Of a DNA stretch of 64,000 nucleotides, positions 1 to 9,800 are shown one piece after another; within the stretch, counting starts at the first letter, position 1; every line of letters begins with the position of its first letter. The position numbers and the translations under genes are program-made. The stretch comes from a virus. Lineage: Duplodnaviria > Caudoviricetes. The notes beneath the pieces are model-generated. The model was not told where the DNA came from, did not search any database, and worked only from the letters and a program-made list of their open reading frames with translations. The stretch is taken from positions 40,718 through 104,717 of the IMG/VR virus record IMGVR_UViG_3300021295_000003; one strand, given 5' to 3'.

Positions 1-3000
1 TGTTTGATTAACACGTAAGGGTGTCCTCTATACATTGTATAAACAGTTGTATCTGCTACAATCTCTATTTTATCATCAGAAAATGCTCCAATACTGAAAT
101 CAGTATGAATACCTTGTAATTCTGCAACATTAATATAACTGTTAGATTGCACATCATATTTAGACAAGTACAATTCACCATTTAAACGATTAAAACCAAG
201 TCTAACCAATCCATTATCTAAATAGAAAGTAGAATAACTATTATCAAGACTAAATAATGAACTTCCAACTTGATTTTCAATATCTACGCCACAGAAATAC
301 ATATAGAACGGTTCTTGTATATATGTGAAGTTATTACTGCCATCATCTTTGAAATAATAGATAGTTCCTTCATTACATTGACGTGTAAATAAAACCTTTT
401 TATCAGGAATAGGGAATGATGAGATGTACATTCCTGCATAATCGTTCGCATAATCACTTGTAATCATTGACTCTGCCACTTCAAAGTTAAAGAAGTGTAA
501 AACGTCAGCAGTATCTCCATCGGTGTTTAAGTTTTGGAATTGTAAGTCATAATAATAGTTTTTAGGAAGTAATTCTGTACTGAAAGTTATGGATTTACCG
601 TTATAACCCTCATCAGTAACTGTTAAGTTGTTTTTGTTGATATAGAAACGTACTGATGACCCATACACGTAATCGTTGAATGCGAAGATTTCCCCATCAT
701 CAGTATCATCGTCATCATCAACATATAAATCTTCTTCGTCTTCTTGTACAACCTCATATTTACCAGTTTCTTCATTAAAGACTGTTTTTAACTGTAAACT
801 TTCAACATCAACAGATAATAACAGTTCTTTATCAATAACTTCTTCCCAAGACCCATCTTCCAACAAGCGACTTGCTTTAACCATACAAGTGAAATACTCT
901 GTATCAGTATCAAACTCATAATTGTAATATTGATATTTAAATAATGGAGTTCCCTTATCATCGGTGATGTAGATTATTCTTTCGATATTATTTTCTTTAT
1001 TTTCTTCAATCTTTGAACTGTTCCAAGTTAAATGAATATCTGCTTGTTCAGGTAAAGTTTCATTAGATTTAATACGGATATGTTGCTTATTATCCATTGT
1101 GATAATTGTACGAAGGTTCTCATCGATTTCTTCCGGTTCTTCGTCCTCTTCAACATCAGCGTATTTGTCATAAATGTAAACTCCATCGGTATCTACATCA
1201 AAATAACCGCTACTGGTGACTGGTTCTCCGTCTTCGTCAAGATAAGTGTATGTGGCAAATTCTTCTCCACTTTCAAGAACGTTAATAGTCATTTGAGGCA
1301 TTTCCGCAGGAGTAGAGTCTTTTGATTTCTCAATACTAAATCTTGTATTGATATTATGAGTCAAGTAACTGACCTCTAATTCCCCATCATAGTATAAAGG
1401 ATTAGTTTTACTTACTCCTTTAACTCCATAAAGTTCAACCCAACCCCTATGGTTCAATACGTCCCCTTCAAACGCTTTCGGAACAAGATTAACAGGCACA
1501 GGCTTATCCACTTTGGTTAAACCTTGCAAAGTAGTCCAATCACGTGGAGGCAGTTTGATTTGAAGACTAATGTCCTCATCAATTTCACCTTTTTTACCCA
1601 TATAGGTTTTGTTTTTATAACTTTCACGTAATAAATCGTTACTGTAATCAGATTTAGGTTCATAATGACTTGTATGTACTGGAACACACCCAATATAAGC
1701 AACTTCGTCCCATTTATGAGCTTTAAGAGTACAATCCCCTTCAATCATCACACTATCATACGGATTAACCGCAATAGGCAAAATATGCCCCAAAGCGTCC
1801 ACTTCAACCAATACACGATGGTCGAACCAAATAATAGGGTCAATCTGAAAAGCAATCTCGGTATTTTCACTATCCAAAGCAGTATAAGGGTCAGTATACC
1901 TATGTGTAACACTTCCATCTTGCCTTGTAACAATCAAAGTGTTATCACCATCAATTAAAGGAATAAAACAACCTCTCCATTTGATAACTGCATTATCAAT
2001 ATGCTCACCGCCATCATTAATTAAATCAAAAGTAACACTATTATTAGTATAATCCACAATACTAATACCTTCGGCAGCACTTGAAGGGTCAAGCTCCCAA
2101 TTAACTAACACATTAGTATTATCAGTTGATAAATCCAAACCATACTGCTCAATAACCGCAGAAGACACTTTTGAGTAATCTACACGGTCTTGACCGTCCA
2201 CATCAACATAATAAGTAACAGTATTTGCAGAAGTTGAAGTACGTATACTGAAATACCAACAAGACTCCTTATTCGCTTGTATTGTACCGTGTTGAATAGT
2301 AATGTCCTCTGATGGACGAGGGTCAATATAATAAGGATAATCCGCATTACCAAGCTTTGAATGTAACGTTTTCAAACCAAACGCAGACAAACGCAAACAC
2401 AAACGATTAGTTGTAGACGCTAAACCTGCACCACTACAAACCCAAGAATACTCACCATTACCAAGATTAGTCATTGGTTTAGTATTCGATACCAACGTAG
2501 TATCAGGAGGCAAACTAATCTTAACAGTCTGATTACCCCCATTCGCTTTCGTAGTATTCCTTAAAGTAACATCAACACAAACAGTATCATTAACACTACA
2601 AGAATGAGGATTATCCTTACTTGTAGCCCTACCATAAGTTAAAACATAATTAGGAATTTCATAATCAACAATAACATAAGCGTGTTTCAAATAAACATTC
2701 GCAGAGTTATCAGTCATAGAGTCAATGTCTTGAAACTTCAAATCAATACCAAACGCAGGTTTATGTAACTGCCCTGTTGGATACGCCATTTTATTCCATT
2801 CTTCTCCACTAATGGTATAAGCAATATCCTGATTTGAAGTTGTTAATTTTGTTGATGGATATACACGGTAAGTATTATTATACCAACCGGTTTTACCATC
2901 TTTGGAATGTTGAGTAACCTTACCTTTACCATTATAAATCATAAAAGAACCGACAGGAGCTTTCACCTTCAATCCTTTCTCACAAGACAAACCTACGTAA

Positions 3001-3299
3001 ATTGTAACTTTATTAATATACGCATTTTTGGGAATGTCTTCTGTGCTGATCCGAAAATCTGCTATTGCAATAGTTTGAGGATTTACCATATAGGAAGTTC
3101 CTGCTTTTGCATTTTTAAAAGCCGAAGAGTCGCTTCCTTTTGAGGTGTATTTTATTTTCCGTGTATATTTTCCAGTTGCAACAGTTTCTGTATTCCCATT
3201 TGCGTTTTGGATATTAATCCATTTGTTGTAGGGGGTTGTTACGTTTGGGTTCGGTTGTTCGTTTGTGGTTTTAGAGTATATTTTTTTAGTTTTAGTCAT
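1..3299 (-). CDS. Large tail/tail-tip or receptor-binding protein (3' end runs off the window)
   Basis: ATG at 3299 (MTKTKKIYSKTTNEQPNP...) after a GGAGG RBS; frame appears open to the window edge (not in the ORF track because there is no stop); downstream of the tape measure; beta-rich. Confidence 0.6.
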   Translation of the reverse strand, partial: MTKTKKIYSKTTNEQPNPNVTTPYNKWINIQNANGNTETVATGKYTRKIKYTSKGSDSSAFKNAKAGTSYMVNPQTIAIADFRISTEDIPKNAYINKVTIYVGLSCEKGLKVKAPVGSFMIYNGKGKVTQHSKDGKTGWYNNTYRVYPSTKLTTSNQDIAYTISGEEWNKMAYPTGQLHKPAFGIDLKFQDIDSMTDNSANVYLKHAYVIVDYEIPNYVLTYGRATSKDNPHSCSVNDTVCVDVTLRNTTKANGGNQTVKISLPPDTTLVSNTKPMTNLGNGEYSWVCSGAGLASTTNRLCLRLSAFGLKTLHSKLGNADYPYYIDPRPSEDITIQHGTIQANKESCWYFSIRTSTSANTVTYYVDVDGQDRVDYSKVSSAVIEQYGLDLSTDNTNVLVNWELDPSSAAEGISIVDYTNNSVTFDLINDGGEHIDNAVIKWRGCFIPLIDGDNTLIVTRQDGSVTHRYTDPYTALDSENTEIAFQIDPIIWFDHRVLVEVDALGHILPIAVNPYDSVMIEGDCTLKAHKWDEVAYIGCVPVHTSHYEPKSDYSNDLLRESYKNKTYMGKKGEIDEDISLQIKLPPRDWTTLQGLTKVDKPVPVNLVPKAFEGDVLNHRGWVELYGVKGVSKTNPLYYDGELEVSYLTHNINTRFSIEKSKDSTPAEMPQMTINVLESGEEFATYTYLDEDGEPVTSSGYFDVDTDGVYIYDKYADVEEDEEPEEIDENLRTIITMDNKQHIRIKSNETLPEQADIHLTWNSSKIEENKENNIERIIYITDDKGTPLFKYQYYNYEFDTDTEYFTCMVKASRLLEDGSWEEVIDKELLLSVDVESLQLKTVFNEETGKYEVVQEDEEDLYVDDDDDTDDGEIFAFNDYVYGSSVRFYINKNNLTVTDEGYNGKSITFSTELLPKNYYYDLQFQNLNTDGDTADVLHFFNFEVAESMITSDYANDYAGMYISSFPIPDKKVLFTRQCNEGTIYYFKDDGSNNFTYIQEPFYMYFCGVDIENQVGSSLFSLDNSYSTFYLDNGLVRLGFNRLNGELYLSKYDVQSNSYINVAELQGIHTDFSIGAFSDDKIEIVADTTVYTMYRGHPYVLIK

Positions 3300-3320
3300 T
3301 ATACTCTTACCTCCATTTGT

Positions 3321-3800
3321 TTAAATTTGTCCTTCGTACGCTTGACTGTAAATAGACCATATCATACCATCAATAGGCATAATAACCTCCTTTTGGATAG
3401 TCATAGGAGCATTGTTAATAGAATACGCTAAAACAGTTCCACTCGCATTACCAGTCGCTACAATCAAAAACGCTCCTTTAAGTAAGTGAGTTTCATCGTT
3501 CAAGTCATAACTAATACTATTACTTGCAATACTAATAGTACGATTAGCATTAACAGATTTCTGCCATAACAAAGCACATAAACCATCTTCACTATCAGTA
3601 TTAATTAAAGTAACCTCATCATTCAAACAACCATTCTCATCAAGACATTCCTCGATATTGGCTGGACAAGCTTCTACAAGTACAACACGGAAATTCTTTG
3701 TAGTTCCATCGAACATTGATGTTTTCAAGTCATCAGTATCGATTAAAGTTTCCATAAAATCGTCTATCTTCGTAAAACTAAACAAAATACTATCTGCCAT
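3321..3800 (-). CDS. Putative minor tail protein
   Basis: 159 aa, GGTGAT RBS, directly after the tape measure. Confidence 0.5.
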   Translation of the reverse strand: MADSILFSFTKIDDFMETLIDTDDLKTSMFDGTTKNFRVVLVEACPANIEECLDENGCLNDEVTLINTDSEDGLCALLWQKSVNANRTISIASNSISYDLNDETHLLKGAFLIVATGNASGTVLAYSINNAPMTIQKEVIMPIDGMIWSIYSQAYEGQI

Positions 3801-3834
3801 ATTTAATCACCATAAAAAAAAGATAAAAAGGGGA

Positions 3835-6800
3835 TTAATTACCAGTAGCTGGATTAATACCCAAAATATCAAGAATTTGTTTTCCACTTCTTTCGTCAAT
3901 CCTTTTATTATTCACTTCAACATCGTTTCCGTGAACATTAATTTCAATATTAGTATTGTAAGTATCTCCACCGTTTGTAGGTACATCGCCTTTTGTTGCG
4001 TATCTACGAGGCATACTACCTGCGTTATAACCTTTAACAGCACTACTTGTGAAACTACCTCTGTTCTGTATAGCAGTAGGGTCAATAATACCAAGACCCG
4101 GAATATTAGCCCATACGTGACCTATACCGTTCCAAGTACCGTGTCCACGTGAACCTTCAAATCCAAATGCTCTTGCAATTGCAAGGACAATATTAGTACC
4201 GTCCCAACAATTAAATGCTCCCGCTCTCAAAGCAGCAACAGGGTCATCACCGAAATTACTATCAAAGTATTTATCATAATCAGTAGCACGAATAACATCG
4301 AAAATATACTGTTTCGCAACATCAGCTCTACCTTTAACAGGGAAATTACTATTTTCAAACTTACCTACATTTAGGAAATCGTCAAGGTGATATGCTCCGA
4401 AATGAGTATTCCAACCTTTAAACTTCTTACTAATCTTATTAGTCCAGTTAAAGTTCCAACCACCTGCATAGCAAGGTTTACCTGTTTCCATCATACATTT
4501 TAAGTATTCTAACATACTATTATCAGAAGGTTGTCCGCTACTACGTCTTCCTTTGAAGAGTGATTGACTTCTACTGATTGTACCTCCTGCGTAATGCCCA
4601 TTCGCACGTCCACCTGTAAACCTGCGTCTAATAGACCCAGTATGCCCTCCTTGACTACCAATCAACTGGTCTGGGTGTTTAATCTTATTCCAAAACTCTC
4701 CAAGATTAGATTTCAATTTATTAATCTTCTGACCTGTTTGAGTCTTGATATGGTCGGCACTTGCAATTAATGCGTCTTGCATTCCTCTCCAAGATGTTTT
4801 AATGTTTCCAATATTACCAATTGTGGCTGCTTTCATATTTGACAAGCTTGAACGTGTTTTCGCTACAATGTTGGTGAAACTTGATTGTATACCTGTCTTC
4901 ATAGCATTAAAGTTTGTAACAACTTGTGATTTCATACCAGTTACAGTAGGTAGAATAGTAGAAATTGACTGTTTGAATTGGTCGAGGTTAGGAAGTTGAA
5001 TATTGCCTAAACCAAATGTAGGGTTGAAGTTAGTAGTTAATGATTGAGCTAACTGTGAAGCCATTTGAGGTAAGTTCAAACCCCCTGTGTTAGTCAAAGC
5101 TTGACCGATGTAACCCATCTCATCAGATACCGCCCTTGCCATTTTACCTGGACTGTGCTGATCCAATCCATTGTTATCTTTGAAACCATTAGACAAGGAA
5201 GTACCCAAAGCAGCCCCTCTGTCATAGAAATCTTGTTTACGCTCATCAAGATATTGTAAAGCATATCCTACTTCGGTTTCAACGGTGCTTTTGATTTTAG
5301 CATTGTCCTTAAAACCATTGGATAATTTTTCTCCGAGTCCTTTTCCTTTACTACTCATTGTGTCAGATAACCCTGTAAGAGCAGAAGAAACGTCGCTATT
5401 TAAGGAGGTTAATCCTTCTTTGACTCCACTTACGATAGCAGTACCCATATTCTTTGCAGTTGCCTTAACAGTAGGGATTGCTCCTGTCAGGGTAGTTTTG
5501 GTATTATTGATTTGGGTTTGCAATGCAGACACAACATTACTTGCATTAGTCACTCCACTTGTATCCCCACTTCCAGTAGCAGTTAAACCATTAATTTTAG
5601 TATTGAAGTTCATTATGTCTTTAACAGACATATATAACTCATCTAATCCGCTTTTAAGACCACTTGCTTGTGGGTTTCCATCTCCAATTAAGTAACCAAC
5701 TGCTGCTCCAAGAATACCCCCACTTGCCATATTTCCTTGCCAAGAAGCGTCCACAGCACTTCCCATAGCATTTTTAACAGCGTCAATAGCGGTTTGAATA
5801 GCACTAATACCATTAGCACTATTTTGAAGGGCAGCGACTTTATCAGGATTAATCGGTTCAACAGTAATGTTTTCATTGAAGTTTTTAACAAACTCGTTTA
5901 ACTGGTCTATTGGTTGTTTTAATTGTTCAAAGTAGTTAGTTACACCATTAGTGTCTGCTGTGGCTGCTCCACTTACTGCGTCTTGGTATTTTTCGTTTGG
6001 TGAACGAGTATCTGTTTCAAAGTTTGGTAAATCTTTTAAGGCTTCTTTTACAGTTACTAATGCAGTTTTAACACTATCTATACCAGTAGCAGACTCTGAC
6101 AAAGTAGTAACTTTCGCAGAGTCAATTTGGGTAATTTCTAATTTATTAAAATCAGTTATGAAAGTTTCTAATTGAGAGAAGAAACCTCCTTCACCAGTTA
6201 ATTGAGTTAAATCCGCACCAATCTTAACTCCAATTAAATTAGCAACAGCAGTAGCAAGACTATCCCAAGCAATCAAAGCAAAAGCACTCATAGCTTGTTC
6301 AACATAACCTAACGCTTCGGCAGTTAATTTAATAGCCTCTGCACCTTGTTGAACATTACTTAAATCAGTAAACTTATCCCCCAATGCTCCTATTTGTTGC
6401 AATGGATATTCAAGACTCCAAATAGTTTCGGCAACCCATAACATACCGATAGGAATGCCTAATGTAATTGCAGTTCCCATAATCGCTCCAAGAATTGGAT
6501 TAGCAAATGCAATCGCAACAGTAGCAATCGCCAAAGCCAAAGCAGGGATAAATGGTGCAAGATACATTAAAGAGTCAGACACAATCTTCATAGCTTGTGT
6601 TCCTTTTTGCACTTGTGCTTGAATACCACTATACTGGTCGCCTAATGCTCCAATCGCCCAAATACTTGGAATAATCATTACAATAGTTTCTGCTACAAGC
6701 AACATACCTGCTACAATACCAATCGCTGCTTTAAGAGTTCCTGTAACAATTTGAGTATAAGATGGAGCATATTTATCCATAATCAAAGATAACCCTACAA

Positions 6801-9800
6801 CAGCAGGGAGTAACACCGCTAAAACAGGGGAAATCATTTTCAAACCTTCAATTCCTGCTTGGATTTCAGGTTCTTGTGCTTTAAATTGTTTACCAACTTC
6901 GGCTAACCCCCACATAGGTGCTTTAAGCAATATAATCGCTTCTGTGATTAAAAGCATACCTGCTACAATACCTATGGCGGCTCTTGCATAATTTTGAGCG
7001 TCAGATTTCAAAGTTTCTTTAAATGGTGTTTTTGCTTTGGTTTTATCCACATCACCATTTATCCCACCAGTAGAAGTTGATGTACTGCCTCCTGTTTTTT
7101 CAATAGCGTCTTCGGCATTGTCTTTAACATCTTTCCAACCTTTTGCAACATCTTTAAGTTTACCACCAACTTTCTTCAAGACCTCAAAGACAGAGTCAGA
7201 ACCTGAAACCCATTTACCAATCTTTAAACCAATAAGTCCCAAACCAGTTCCTAATGCACCAATTGCAAAGACCCATCGACCGCTTTCAGTACCAAAGAAG
7301 TTCAATAACGCTTCTCCAATGCCTACAAGAGCGTCTTTAATTGCATAAGCAGTAGGTTTTAAATCGTCCCAAGTCTTTTGAACAGCTTTCCAAAAGTTAA
7401 GGAATGCGTCATTATTCCAAATGTCAATCCAAAGTAATTTAAGGTTATCAATAGCAAAGTAAGCCCCTGCCATTAAATCTCCTTGATAGAACTGTTTTAA
7501 ATGCTCTCCGGCTTCCTCTGCAACAGTAGAATACTCCATTATGTACTTATCCATATCCTTTTGAGTACGATTAGTTTCATTCATATGCTCCAAGTTTTCG
7601 CTAATATGTTTACTTGAAGCTTCTAACCAATCGTACTGTTTGTTATATGAATTAGTAATCTCATATTGGGCTTGATTGATTTTATCAACCCAAAATGCTT
7701 GTTTTTCAGTCGCTTCGGTTTCAGAGTGTCCTGCTGCCATTAAATTTTGTTTACGGAAACTTGATTGAGCCAACTTAATGGATTTTTCCCTTTCATCATT
7801 TTGGGCTTTATAACTTTTCGCTAACTTATTCGCAGTTTCTAATTCTTTTACATTACCATCTACAATGGCTTTGTTAGCTTTTGCTTGTGCATATTTATTT
7901 TTATCTTCTTTTGAAGTAGCATTAGCATACTTATCCATTATTTTCTGATAACTTGCAGACTCTTCTTTTGCCTCTTTGAGTTTGTCTGATCCGGTTTCAA
8001 CAATTTCGTTGAACGCTTCAACTCGTTTTTTGACAAGGTCTGCTTGAACTGCCATTGAAGATAACCAAGCAACTATACCAATAGCCATTACTCCACGGAT
8101 TGCCAAACCAAGCACTTTCCAAGAAGTAGCAGTTTTAAGAATGGCTTTTCCTCTACTTAATTCAGCAGCTTCACTTAATTTAATATTATTTGTTAGATAT
8201 GCTAATCTTTGAGAGCGAGTTAATTCTAATTTACTTAACTTTCCAGTTAATTTACCATTTTTATCCCGTTCCAAGAAAGATATACGCTCAATATCAATAC
8301 CCTCTTTTAATAAAGCTTTATTATGTAACAATGCTTTTCCATATCCTTTTTCGGCAAGAACTGTTTGATTAACTCCTAATAATCTTCCCATTATGGATTT
8401 AGTCCAACGGGTGTTTGCTACTTCACTTGCTTTTGTTCCGCTGATAACTGCGGCTAATGCTCTACGGAAACCATACTGTGCTACTTCGGCTTTATTCAAG
8501 TTCAAAGCAGCAGTAGCAATTGATTTGCTCCAACCGATAGTTGCAATATCTGCAAGACCCATTCCTTTGGTTACCATTGGTAAAGCGGTGAGTATTCCTC
8601 CGAATAATGCTCCTCCTCCACCAATCCAAAGGAAACTTCTCCAAAATGAATTTAAACTATTAAATGAAGTAGAAACACTATCAATTGCTCCAATAATCAT
8701 ATTAAATGCTTCTACAATCATTGGAGAGGCAGAGTCAAGTAAATCAGCACCAGTTTCCTCAAACCTTGATTGAGTAATAGTCAATACATCATTTAAGGAA
8801 GTTGCTTTTTTAGCAAAAACGTCCCAATGCCTATCAAGGGCTGCTTTTTTCAATGCTTTGAGTAAACCATCGATGTTGGTTTTATCTTCGTCCCAACCAT
8901 ATGCGACTAATTCTTCTTTACCTACACCAGTTTCTCTGGATAATCTTTGGAACTCTCCTTGAAGAATATCTTTAACTGCAAGTGCTGCTTCTTCTGATTT
9001 ACGCCCTGCACGGACATATTCAGATTGTATCATAGTAACAATCGGTAGAGCATCTTTCATCTGTTTAGCAGTTAAATCAAATTCCAAACCAATGCTTGAT
9101 ACAGTTTCTCCTATACTGTACTTATTAACTTTTTTATAGGTTTTTGTGAGTTTATCAAGTTCCTTACGGAAATACTTTATTCCCCCTTCTCCAACCTTAT
9201 CATTTTGTTTTAGTTGAGCTTCCATTTCGTTTTTAGCAGTTACGGTGGTTTTTATGCCTTCTGCAATTTGAGAAGCGAACCCCCAAAGAGCCATACCCCC
9301 CATTGCTGTGAAAATCATTTTAAGAGATAATAATGCCCCCCTAATTTGATAAAGAGTATTGGAAAGTATTCTACCACTATGGGCAGTTTGAGTCACGCCA
9401 TTGTTGAAAGAAGTTAAACCTCTTCCAGTATTACGTGCATTAACTCCTGTTTTAGTTAATTCACTATTTCCAAGAGATAATTCTCTAATTGCTTGTTGAG
9501 AAGAACTTCCAAGTAATTTTAACTTATTTGCTAATTTAGTAAGTTCACTTTCATAAGTTTGAGCTGTGATTTCGCCTTTTTTAAATGCAGTTTCCAATAC
9601 ATTTAATTTATCACGGTAAATTGTTGTTTGTTGGCTTAATTTAGCAAGAGCAGATTTATTCTTACTACTTATACTTGAAAAATGACTCAACTCCCTACTA
9701 ATACGGGATAATTTACCTGCAAGTTCATTAGACATACCCATAGAGTCCATAGAAGACATTACCATATGTGCTTTATTAGAAAAAGCATTCATCTCCGCCC

